NCBI RefSeq assembly: GCF_001194135.2
Contig: NC_069000.1
Location: 29,004,481-29,039,416 of the forward strand
DNA length: 34,936 nt
Direction of reading: 5' to 3'
Origin: Octopus bimaculoides
Taxonomy: Eukaryota
Part shown: positions 19,708 through 30,129 of the stretch, piece after piece
How the letters are laid out: the number at the start of each line of letters is the position of its first letter
How positions within the stretch are numbered: the stretch's first letter is position 1
Translations under genes and position numbers: made by a program
The notes under the pieces: model-generated
Database searches by the model: none
Told to the model about the DNA's origin: nothing
The model's input: only the letters and a program-made list of their open reading frames with translations

Positions 19708-20193
19708 TAACAACAAACAAGATGAAGACAAATATCCGTCATATGTGAATAATGGACTGTTACATTTTATGTTTTTTTGTAAGAGAAACACTTGCATTTT
19801 GATTTCTTTATTCTTTTTCAGTTTTATAAGTGTTTTGGCATGAAATGCTAAGTCTTCAGTAACTTCTGAAGCATTCTCTGCTAATAAAAATGCAAAAAAG
19901 ATCACTCCCATTGATTCCAGCTGATTATATATATATAATCAAGCCAAGGATCTATAATCCTTTAAGGGATGTTTGCATCCTAGTTCTTTGGTTTATACCA
20001 GTGTTCAGTGAAAAACTAAATATGTTAGTTTTGCATTGATGGATATAGGTATTCAAAATATTTATGAATGAGAAAAAGAAGAAAATGGAGAAATTGACAT
20101 ATAGATATCTGTTTATTCAAAGATATTCAAATCAATATAATATGAAATTCTTATCCCTACAGCTGTTTCCATATCCAATTAATTCAATTAAAT

Positions 20194-20638
20194 NNNNNNN
20201 NNNNNNNNNNNNNNNNNNNNNNNNNNNNNNNNNNNNNNNNNNNNNNNNNNNNNNNNNNNNNNNNNNNNNNNNNNNNNNNNNNNNNNNNNNNNNNNNNNNN
20301 NNNNNNNNNNNNNNNNNNNNNNNNNNNNNNNNNNNNNNNNNNNNNNNNNNNNNNNNNNNNNNNNNNNNNNNNNNNNNNNNNNNNNNNNNNNNNNNNNNNN
20401 NNNNNNNNNNNNNNNNNNNNNNNNNNNNNNNNNNNNNNNNNNNNNNNNNNNNNNNNNNNNNNNNNNNNNNNNNNNNNNNNNNNNNNNNNNNNNNNNNNNN
20501 NNNNNNNNNNNNNNNNNNNNNNNNNNNNNNNNNNNNNNNNNNNNNNNNNNNNNNNNNNNNNNNNNNNNNNNNNNNNNNNNNNNNNNNNNNNNNNNNNNNN
20601 NNNNNNNNNNNNNNNNNNNNNNNNNNNNNNNNNNNNNN
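20194..20638. other. Assembly gap (445 N)
   Basis: N run. Confidence 1.
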
Positions 20639-20678
20639 TTACCTTAGGAATGAGAACCCAGGTCCGAAATTTCCTCAA

Positions 20679-20723
20679 GACACCTGATGAAGGCTAGAGG
20701 GTATATCAGCTGAAACTTTGTGT
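20679..20723 (+). ncRNA. Duplicate hammerhead motif inside the gap-flanking duplication (may be an assembly artefact)
   Basis: Same sequence as 19663-19707. Confidence 0.55.
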
Positions 20724-21083
20724 TAACAACAAACAAGATGAAGACAAATATCCGTCATATGTGAATAATGGACTGTTACATTTTATGTTTTTTTGTAAGA
20801 GAAACACTTGCATTTTGATTTCTTTATTCTTTTTCAGTTTTATAAGTGTTTTGGCATGAAATGCTAAGTCTTCAGTAACTTCTGAAGCATTCTCTGCTAA
20901 TAAAAATGCAAAAAAGATCACTCCCATTGATTCCAGCTGATTATATATATATAATCAAGCCAAGGATCTATAATCCTTTAAGGGATGTTTGCATCCTAGT
21001 TCTTTGGTTTATACCAGTGTTCAGTGAAAAACTAAATATGTTAGTTTTGCATTGATGGATATAGGTATTCAAAATATTTATGA

Positions 21084-21472
21084 ATGAGAAAAAGAAGAAA
21101 ATGGAGAAATTGACATATAGATATCTGTTTATTCAAAGATATTCAAATCAATATAATATGAAATTCTTATCCCTACAGCTGTTTCCATATCCAATTAATT
21201 CAATTAAATAAATTAAATTAATTTAATTTAAAATTTTCATATTGAAACTTGTTAATTGGTTATTTCATCATTGGGTATTTCCCTGATAAAATATCCAATT
21301 AATCAGTTTCAATATGAAAATTTTAGATTAATTTTATTTAACTTCTCTAATTGAATTAACTGGATATAGAAACGGCTGTAGGGATATGAATTTCATATAT
21401 TATATTGATTTGAATATCTTTAAATAAACTGATGTCTATATGTCAATTTCTCCATTTTCTTCTTTTTCTCAT
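21084..21472. mobile_element. AT-rich foldback MITE, near-complete palindrome (partial copy at 20068-20193)
   Basis: ATGAGAAAAAGAAGAAAATGGAGAAATTGACATATAG.. pairs with ..CTATATGTCAATTTCTCCATTTTCTTCTTTTTCTCAT, and pairing continues inward to a small GGG-TATTT-CCC loop near 21273-21283. Confidence 0.85.
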
Positions 21473-21740
21473 ATATATATATTTATATATACACACACAC
21501 ACACACATGCATATATATATATATATATATATACATACACATATACACATACACACTCATATATACATATATACATACACACATATACATACACACATAC
21601 ATATATACATATACATATATGCATACGTACAGATATATGCATGTATATACACATTATAAATATATATACATCCGTATACAGATGTACTTTATACACACAC
21701 ACACATATATACATATATATTTTACATGCACGCACACACA
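21472..21740. repeat. Mixed (TA)/(CA)/(TACA) microsatellite
   Basis: Seen directly. Confidence 0.95.
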
Positions 21741-22169
21741 TTAAATAAATGAGCTTGTTTCAGGTTATATCAGAGTTTGACATCAATTGAGGGTCCAAAC
21801 ATTTTTCTTCTTTTTCTTCTTCTTTACTGAACAGCTGGAAATAATATTCATTTATGGGTGTAGTTTAACTAGTATTCTGGCACCGGAATTGGATGCCTCT
21901 GCTCTGCTAACCATGCCGAAAACAGTTCTCCCTTCGTTCTTTTCCCCCTATCTTCCTCTTCTTCATCTTCTTTTCGTCTTCAAATATATAGAATGAAGCA
22001 CTAGGAGAAAAAGGTCAGTGAGAAAGTAAGAATGACTTTGTTCTTTCACTCCTCCCATAACTCCCAACTCCCATCTCCCAGTTCCTTTCAATAAGGGTAG
22101 TATGCCACATAATGTTAGTTGGTGCTAAACTTTGGTGCAATGTTGTTTGTTTCTCTTCTCAGAAACCCC

Positions 22170-22312
22170 ACACACATACATGTACATACCCATACACAGA
22201 ATCATATACACACACACACTCACACACACACACACTCACACACATACACACACTCACACACACACACACTCACACACACACACACACTCACACACACACA
22301 CACTCACACACA
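22170..22312. repeat. (CA)n/(CACT) microsatellite running into a gap
   Basis: Seen directly. Confidence 0.95.
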
Positions 22313-23239
22313 NNNNNNNNNNNNNNNNNNNNNNNNNNNNNNNNNNNNNNNNNNNNNNNNNNNNNNNNNNNNNNNNNNNNNNNNNNNNNNNNNNNNNNNN
22401 NNNNNNNNNNNNNNNNNNNNNNNNNNNNNNNNNNNNNNNNNNNNNNNNNNNNNNNNNNNNNNNNNNNNNNNNNNNNNNNNNNNNNNNNNNNNNNNNNNNN
22501 NNNNNNNNNNNNNNNNNNNNNNNNNNNNNNNNNNNNNNNNNNNNNNNNNNNNNNNNNNNNNNNNNNNNNNNNNNNNNNNNNNNNNNNNNNNNNNNNNNNN
22601 NNNNNNNNNNNNNNNNNNNNNNNNNNNNNNNNNNNNNNNNNNNNNNNNNNNNNNNNNNNNNNNNNNNNNNNNNNNNNNNNNNNNNNNNNNNNNNNNNNNN
22701 NNNNNNNNNNNNNNNNNNNNNNNNNNNNNNNNNNNNNNNNNNNNNNNNNNNNNNNNNNNNNNNNNNNNNNNNNNNNNNNNNNNNNNNNNNNNNNNNNNNN
22801 NNNNNNNNNNNNNNNNNNNNNNNNNNNNNNNNNNNNNNNNNNNNNNNNNNNNNNNNNNNNNNNNNNNNNNNNNNNNNNNNNNNNNNNNNNNNNNNNNNNN
22901 NNNNNNNNNNNNNNNNNNNNNNNNNNNNNNNNNNNNNNNNNNNNNNNNNNNNNNNNNNNNNNNNNNNNNNNNNNNNNNNNNNNNNNNNNNNNNNNNNNNN
23001 NNNNNNNNNNNNNNNNNNNNNNNNNNNNNNNNNNNNNNNNNNNNNNNNNNNNNNNNNNNNNNNNNNNNNNNNNNNNNNNNNNNNNNNNNNNNNNNNNNNN
23101 NNNNNNNNNNNNNNNNNNNNNNNNNNNNNNNNNNNNNNNNNNNNNNNNNNNNNNNNNNNNNNNNNNNNNNNNNNNNNNNNNNNNNNNNNNNNNNNNNNNN
23201 NNNNNNNNNNNNNNNNNNNNNNNNNNNNNNNNNNNNNNN
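22313..23239. other. Assembly gap (927 N)
   Basis: N run. Confidence 1.
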
Positions 23240-23421
23240 GGGTGACACGTAAAAGCACCCACTACACTCTCTGAGTGGTTGGCGTTAGGAAGGGCATCCA
23301 GCTGTAGAAACTCTGCCAAATCAGACTGGAGCCTGGTGTTGCCATCCGGTTTCACCAGTCCTCAGTCAAATCGTCCAACCCATGCTAGCATGGAAAGCGG
23401 ACGTTAAACGATGATGATGAT
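23240..23421 (+). mobile_element. Young RTE-type LINE 3' tail or RTE-dependent short element ending in (GAT)n
   Basis: Near-identical (one mismatch seen) to the reverse complement of 34710-34890, and homologous to the 3' UTR of the RTE at 26106-26276. Confidence 0.9.
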
Positions 23422-23906
23422 ATAGAGAGAGAGAGAGAGAGAGAGATGGCTGGATAGATGGATGGCTGGTTGGATGGATGGATGGATAACCATGACTAGA
23501 TAAGTCCACTGGGTCAAAGCTAACCTGGTGTTAAATAACAACAAAGTCGAGAAGAAAATAGATTCTTTCTTCAAGACTTGTTTTGTTATACTTGTATTAT
23601 AGTTCACGCTCATAATGTTTTAGTACCATTCATAGTGGTGAGATCCAGACAGTTGACCTGTATGTGGAATAGGTGAGCTGGTAAGGGATTCCAAAGGGCT
23701 GCAGTAATGGAAAGGAAGAAGTGAGTAAAAGTGCTTAATTCAAGATTTCAGTGGTTGAAAACACAATGTAGGAATAACAAGAAGCAAGCTGTGTGCTTCA
23801 ATGGGTTTGGGTGGTGTAATACACAGCTTTCTAGTAAAAAGAAGCAAAATTAATGGAGTAACAGTAGAAGTGATACAAAGAACAAAATACATTAGTGAGA
23901 TAGAGG

Positions 23907-24420
23907 TTGGTTCTTCTTCTTTAAACCCTAGCTGATGACCAGAGAGGGAGGCTGTCCCCTCAACCAATATGCTCATGTGGGTGCCGCTGGATGACAGACT
24001 CTGGTGAGGATGTTATTCCATGCTTTCTGATTCATGGCACAGGTCATGCTCAAGGTTGAGATTCTGCGACTTCAGGTTCTCCTCAATGTGTTTCGTCCAT
24101 GTCTTCTATGGTGCATTGCACTGAATTCTCCAGTGCATAGGTCTCTGCCGCCACAAAGGTTTATGTGGCAGTCTTCCAGTCCATCCTGCAAACGTGGCCA
24201 AACCACTGTATCTTCAACTGCATTTGATGAACTGTCCATTGGAGATCATTGGACACTGAGCAAGTGGTTGGTTAGTGAAGGTTTGCTAGTCAATCAGATT
24301 GTCTTTTTTGGAAGTGACATTAATGTTTGTATATGGGTATTCCAACTGTGGCCATCTCCTATCTTAGTAAATCAAAGGCAACATTGTCTGATGTATCCTT
24401 TTTTATTTAAAATAGTCGGG
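23907..24420 (-). mobile_element. RTE-type LINE 3' end with (AAG)n tail
   Basis: Minus strand QWFGHVCRMD, then in a shifted frame RLPHKPLWRQRP..AP*KTWTKHIEENLK; ends ..GGGTTTAAAGAAGAAGAA. Confidence 0.72.
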
Positions 24421-24988
24421 TATGATTTAAAGGAGATTTCACTGCTATTTTTAATAGATCAAACCATTGTATAAATCAGAGGAGACAAAAAACCCTTTCC
24501 CATGGGTGTAATTTCATCCATATCCAAATTTAAAGCCACCTGCTGCTGAAGTTTCTAAAAACCCATATGTAAAATGTATTTAAATCATAACACCAAAATA
24601 TTAATTTAATATAAATAACATACCTATGAATTTGTAAAATTAAAAATACATTATTTTTCTTATTGCAGATGTACCCCATGGTTTCTTACACACTCACAGT
24701 TTACTCCTGGTAATAAAGTGGTTCCCAATCATGGTATGATATCCCCCTCAGGAGTATGAACTAGTTTTATATTTATTTGTAAATGTTCCAATTATTGTGA
24801 AAAACAACATTGCTGTATACAAAGAAATTAACTTTGATTTCTTACAAAATGTCATTTTTTCAAATGAATTAAGAATGTTTTCTCACAAATGATCATCATA
24901 AATAACAGAGAAGATCAAATATATAAATTTCAAAAGGTTGCCTGGAATCAAAAATAAGATCTGGAAGTAAACGAATGGTAGAAGGATG

Positions 24989-26276
24989 TTGTTTATAGCT
25001 AAATCACTACCTAACTTAGAGAAGAAATTTTGGATGTGGAAACAAGAACTGGAATCTAAGGGTATTAGAGTTAATTTAGCAAAAACTGAAGTCCTAGTAA
25101 GAAGGAAAACAGACAAATCACAAGTCCCTTCTGGGAGATGGCCCTACTTGATATGTAAGAAGGGTGTTGGTAGAAACTTCATACATTGTATTACATTGTA
25201 TGCAGTGCAAGTTATGGACACATAAGAGGTGTAGCGGTATCACAGTAAGATTAACAGAGAATATAGTCTTTGTATGTGCCAAATGTGCAGGTACAGTAAG
25301 CACTAAGAATGTGCAGGGAATAGAGTTCCTCAAATGTCTGGGGGGATCCTTGAAAGTAGCAGATAACTTCTATTACCTAGGTGACCAAGTTAGCAGTGGA
25401 GGAGGAAGTTCTGAAATTGTTGTTGCTAGAATAAGAATGGGCTGGGTAAAGTTCAGAGAGCTTCTACCTTTGTTGGTAACTAAAGGCTTCTCCCTCAGAG
25501 TCAAAGGCAGACTGTATAATGCCTGTGTATGTACAAGCTATGTAATATGGCTGTGAAACATGGACTTCGACTATAGAGGACTTGAAAGAACTGAAGCTAG
25601 CATGCTTTGCTGGATGGCTAATGTCAGTGCATGCATGACATAGTGTAAATGATTTAAGAGGAAAACTGGGTATAAGAGTCATCAGATGTTGTGTACAAGA
25701 GAGAAGATTGCACTGGTTTGGTCATGTGATGCATGTGGAAGAGGAAAGTTGCATAAAGAAATGCCGAGCTCTAACTGTGGAGGATACCTGTGGAAGGGGT
25801 AGACCCAAGAAGACATGGGATGAAGTGGTGAGAAAGGATCTACAGATGCTGGGCTTCACTAAAGAAATGACAAGGGACTGGGAAATGTGGAGATTTGCTG
25901 TACTTAATAAGATGCATCAAGCTAAGTAAAATTTCTGTCTTCCACACATACAGGCTTGTCCTTTCAGGTGCTGCTGCCACATAAAAAGCACCTGTGCCAG
26001 TGCTGTATAAATACACCCATGTCAGTGCTGCATAAACACACCCATGCTAGTGCTGCATAAATGCACCCATGCTGGTGCTGCATAAATGCACCCATGCCAG
26101 TGGCATGTAAAAGCACCCAGCACACTCTGTTCAGTGGTTGGTGTTAGGCAGGGCATCAGCTGTAGAAACCATGTCATAAGAGACAACTGGAGTCTGGACA
26201 GCTCCCAGCTGGTCAGCTCCATATGAAACCATCCAACCCATACCAGCATGGAAAGTGGACGTTAAACAATGATGAG
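24989..26276 (+). mobile_element. 5'-truncated RTE-clade LINE (distal RT, C-terminus, 3' UTR, GAT tail)
   Basis: LFIAKSLPNLEKKFWMWKQELESKGIRVNLAKTEVL; FYYLGDQVSSGGGS..ARIRMGWVKFRELLPLL; SLRVKGRLYNACV; WFGHVM; GRGRPKKTWDEVVRKDL; stop at 25929; tail CATGGAAAGTGGACGTTAAACAATGATG. A 10-bp duplication (25182-25201) causes a frameshift. Confidence 0.92.
25981..26119 (+). repeat. 25-bp tandem array in the RTE 3' UTR (AGTGCTGCATAAATGCACCCATGCT)
   Basis: Units start at 25999, 26024, 26049, 26074 and 26099. Confidence 0.9.
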
Positions 26277-26404
26277 GACTCAAGATACTGGATCACTTTA
26301 AAATTAGCAATATACAAATTTATAAGAAAGGAATTTTACAAAAACTTCTGCTATTTATACAACAGTTAACTCAACTTAGACTGCTTATATACTAATATGA
26401 TATG

Positions 26405-26720
26405 CTCAGGCATAGCCATATGTGGTGAAAAAGTTCACTCATGTTGCATGGCACTTTGAGCAGTGGCAGTGGAATCTAGTAGACACAAACTGTACAGATA
26501 CACATTGCGTGTGTGTGTGTGTGAGGGTGGTATATTTCTGTGTGAATGTATGTGAGTGTATGTATGTCTATGTCTATGCACGTGTATATCTGTGTAAACC
26601 TGTTTGTTGAGATGTAATTTAATAATTTGATAATTATAGACAGAATAAGTTCTGGGTCAATATTATTAACTATAACTCTTGAAGGTGGTACCTCAGCATG
26701 GTCATATTCCAATGAAAGAA
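26405..26720 (+). mobile_element. Decayed family B SINE
   Basis: Residual head (TGTGGTGAAAAAG..GGCACTTTGAGCA), internal (GT)n, tail AATAAGTTCTGGGTCAAT..TTGAAGGTGGTACCTCAGCATGG. Confidence 0.55.
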
Positions 26721-27030
26721 GCCAATTAAAAAATTAAAGTAAAATAACATACCAACATATTCTAGTCACTCTGTTAAATTAGTCAATAATTTTCCCCAAG
26801 ATTTTGAAGCTGAAACTTTTTGGTTTTAGAAAGTCTTCAGATCCAAGCACTGCACTAAATTTATGACTTAAGTAAGGATCTGAATTTAAGCATTTTTAAA
26901 TATAAAGAATCGTAATTTATGCCAGTTGAGGAAGTATGGTACAAATTATAGTAGTGAAAAGATTTGACGGTAGTTTAATTAATTATATATCTTTAAACTC
27001 AAAGATAAACATAACAAATTTTTGCCAATG

Positions 27031-27472
27031 GGAGGGTCCTTTAAGGTTAATAATGCAGTTTTTGGTGTTTTAACAAGGCATCCATATTAAGTTGAATATG
27101 AAGATTACTTTTTGATATTAATACTGCTTCTGTTGTTAATTAATTTTTAATAAGCCTGCAATTTGTGACATCAGGATTTGAAATGAGGCTGATATTCTAT
27201 ATATTGTAGCAGCAAGATTTGACTGGCATGCAGTAACTGGTGCTTCCACTGATGAGGTCCAATAAACCAAAATCATGTGATATGGGAATTCCAATACACT
27301 TGACAAACGAATTTGTTTGTTGCAATCTATGTGAGTGCATTTATGTACCAAGTGGCTATATGAGAGGGTCACTTAAGGCTAATGACATGGTATTTGGTGT
27401 TCTAACAAGGCATCTGAGTTCATCTGGATATAAAAATTACCTTTTGGTATTAATACTGTTTCTGTTACTAAT
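27031..27472 (+). repeat. Diverged ~110-bp direct repeat (27031-27140 and 27363-27472)
   Basis: Both read GAGGGTC..TAAGG.TAAT..TTTGGTGTT.TAACAAGGCATC..ATTAC.TTTTG.TATTAATACTG.TTCTGTT; about 75% identity by eye. Confidence 0.8.
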
Positions 27473-28640
27473 AATTAATTCATGTAGAAATTAATTTATG
27501 TATGAATGTCATTCTTTAAAAGAAAAAGTAAATACATAGTAAATAATTAAATAAATTTATTTCATCAAAACCAGTCGCGGACCATTTTGTTCAACTGTCT
27601 TTTGACAATGCTATGCTAGACATTGCTATATTAGAAAACTCTTCATCTTTTGAGACTAGGAGTAAAATGCTTAAATGCTTCAACTGTAGATTTTTTTTTT
27701 TTTTTTATGTATAAACTTGTGCAAGTGCTTGAAAAGAAAGTAATCATTTTTTGAAGATGTCAAATGAGTAAGGTGGGATCAGCAAGATTTTATAACCCAG
27801 CTCAGTTAGTTTTTGAACTGTGATTTGAGAAGAAGGCAATCAAACAATGTTCAAGCAGCAGAATAATTCCATCTCTGCTTAACAGTCTTGGTTCTTTTAA
27901 TTTCAGTTTTTTTGTGCATAGTCAATATTTTGACAGTATGAACTTGCAGTGATTGGTCCTGCTAAAAGAGCTTGTAGATCAGGCTTTTTGAAAACCATCC
28001 TACAATTGCCATATAACCAGCATTTATTACCTTGAAAAAGGAGCCATCTACATCTAACCATTTCCCAGATCATTCATAATTGTCAATCAATATCTATTTT
28101 GAATCACAAGTAATAGTATGGTACCAAAAGATTCAACATGTTTCTTTTCTTCAGTCAAGTCATGTAGAATTCATTATCCAACTTTTTCATTTTACCTGTA
28201 ACACATAAAGGGCAGGGAACAGTTATAGTTGATACTGCCATATCTGCCACAAGTTGTTGAACTGTTGTTTAAGAGTTTCTTTCCACTCATTCTCTTAAGA
28301 GGTCTTCATTGTAACAGACTTTTGTTTCCTCCATCACTTACACTGAAGCTCTTATCTAAACAGAGAAATTTCTAAAACCTTTGCTACACTCTTCAGGTCT
28401 ACACAACTCTCTCTAAATGCCAAATTAATATCTTTTGAAGCTTTCATTGCATTATGCCATAATTTGAAGTCATATGAAAAATATGCTTGTTCAAAAATCA
28501 CCATATTATTTAAGGGTACATCAAAGCTTATGAGAGAAACACCATTTGGAGAGTGAAGTTGTTATGAATATAAAGTAAGCCAAATAACATTCAATGGATT
28601 AAACCACTTAGAAAACAATATTTCATGATTCAACCTAATA
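27470..28640 (-). mobile_element. Decayed mariner (Tc1/mariner) transposon
   Basis: The 5' end TATTAGGTTG at 28640 is mariner-TIR-like. Translation gives YDFKLWHNAMKASKDINLAF (HTH), TTVQQL..GKMKKLD, GPITASSYCQ, RDGIILL, PPYSFD..DYFLFKHL and EQNG..FDE near 27580. The 3' TIR is degenerate. Confidence 0.82.
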
Positions 28641-28758
28641 TATACTATCTTTTTAAAATACAACAAACAATTTGATTTCAATTAAAGTTAATAAAAAAAA
28701 TTTTAGGGGTAAAAATGGAGCATTCACTTTGTTTTCTAAATTTTAAAGTCAGAGATAT

Positions 28759-29158
28759 TTATCTTTCATCCTTCACTTGTTTCAGTCATTGAACCGAGGC
28801 CATGCTGGGGCACTGCCTCAAAGGGTTTTTTCAGTCAAACGCATTGATCCCAGCACCTTTTTTTTTAAAGCCTGGGACTTATTTTATCAGTCTTTTTTGT
28901 TGAACTACTAAGTTACAGGGACATAAACAAACCAACACTGGATGACAAGTGGTGGTCAAGGACAAACACATGTGCAATAAAAGACACCTTAATATATATA
29001 TAGGATGGGCTTCTTTCAGTTTCTGTTTACCAAATCAACTCACAAGGTTTTGGTCAGACTTAGGCTATAGTAGAAGGCACTTGCCCAAGGTGTCATGCAG
29101 TGGGACTGAACTTGGATACATGTGGTTGGGAAGCAAGCTTCTTACCACAGCCATGCCT
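28759..29158 (-). mobile_element. Full-length family B tRNA-derived SINE
   Basis: Reverse complement head AGGCATGGCTGTGGTAAGAAGCTTGCTTCCCAACC..GTTCAGTCCCACTGC; colinear with 17984-18620 minus the nested insert. Confidence 0.88.
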
Positions 29159-29419
29159 GATGTATAAATAAAATTTCAAAGTCCTGACTGAAACATTCTA
29201 GCCATGAGTTACTTGATTTGGAGATCTGGGGATACATTGTACAATGTATCGTTCCATTTTAAAGATGGTAATGTGTGCTATTTTTAGCAAGTCCAATGGC
29301 CACAGAAACTCCTTCATTAGCTTTTATGTTAAAGATACACTGTGCCTCTAGAATCAACCAAACAGTTTGGTTACTATTTCTAGAAGTTTGTACAAGCTAA
29401 GAGAGATTCTATATACTCA

Positions 29420-29630
29420 CTTGACTTACTAAAAATAACAGTCAAAACTCCCTCAAATCACAACCTATCGGTTTTTAATAAAGAAGGACTCGCTGGAAAG
29501 CGTATTCCAAGATATGTGATCTCGGATATACTAGATATAAAACATAACAGCATGGTCATGACTGGAATTGTAATAACTATAGGTCTGCTCATTCAAAATT
29601 AACTCGGGACTAGACCACCACCACCACCAC
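29420..29630 (-). mobile_element. Old dispersed repeat family A (copy 3)
   Basis: Reverse complement GGTTGTGATTTGAGGGAGTTTTGACTGTTATTTTTAGTAAGTCAAG. Confidence 0.65.
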
Positions 29631-29764
29631 CACAACAACAACAACAACAAACCCTTCTGGGTTTTTTTTCTGTTGCATGTATGTGATCCAAATTGAGCAA
29701 CATGCTGTGAGACCAATTCTACAGACAGAGTTAATCAGCAAGTGACATTGTGGTAACTGCCAAT

Positions 29765-29960
29765 GTTGCTGTTGTTTAATCTCAGGTCAACTATGATCAA
29801 ACAGTGACCTGTAACCAAAGGCATCTCAGATGTGACCATCCTGTCCTTTTTCTATATATCCAGGACCACATTATCCAATGTATCATTTTCTTTATTAAGA
29901 CTTTGAGGTGGGATTTGAAGAATATTCGGCTGCTAATTTTAGCAAGTTGAGTAATCCCAA
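29765..29960 (+). mobile_element. Old dispersed repeat family A (copy 4)
   Basis: GTTGTTTAATCTCAGGTCAAC..CAGATGTGACCATCC..GGACCACATTATCC..GGTGGGATTTGAAG..CTGCTAATTTTAGCAAG. Confidence 0.7.
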
Positions 29961-30129
29961 AGAGGATCCCTCATTGATTCATGATAGGATAGTACACTGT
30001 ATAGAACTATAAGAAGAAGGCCTTGCAGGAAAGAAGAAAGCTGGGTAGCAAAAATAAAATAACAAGAAGCTTGATTGATAGCCAGATGTCAAATGTATCT
30101 AATCACTGTATCTATGCAAGTACAATGCA

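Larger units (their letters stand above)
18842..19754. mobile_element. Non-autonomous Penelope-like (PLE-derived) element with tRNA-type head and hammerhead motif, in inverted plus partial-tandem arrangement
   Basis: Arms 18870-19216 and 19402-19754 are inverted repeats, roughly 90% identical by eye. TSD ATGGACTGTTACA at 18833-18845 and 19752-19764. Contains a PLE-like N-terminal peptide, A/B boxes and a CTGATGA..GAAAC core. Confidence 0.8.
19623..21209 (+). repeat. 571-bp apparently identical direct duplication (19623-20193 = 20639-21209) flanking a 445-N gap
   Basis: Offset 1016. The ORF track shows identical 73-aa ORFs at 19690 and 20706. Confidence 0.95.

Noticed and set aside
19797-19890. 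Strong acceptor followed by FYKCFGMKC* and AATAAA, as a possible terminal exon
   Set aside because: Only nine codons and no upstream exon identified; cannot be supported from sequence alone.
21787-22020. Possible host exon(s) on either strand
   Set aside because: Low-complexity purine/pyrimidine bias explains the open frames; no family motif recognised.
20064-23355. Long ORFs of 164-380 aa in the ORF track (also 14116, 16201, 16461)
   Set aside because: They consist of N runs translated as X plus microsatellite dipeptides.
24669-24709. Candidate 41-nt host micro-exon (TTTTTCTTATTGCAG acceptor, GTAATA donor)
   Set aside because: No recognisable peptide and no partner exons; such sites occur by chance in AT-rich DNA. 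Needs RNA-seq.
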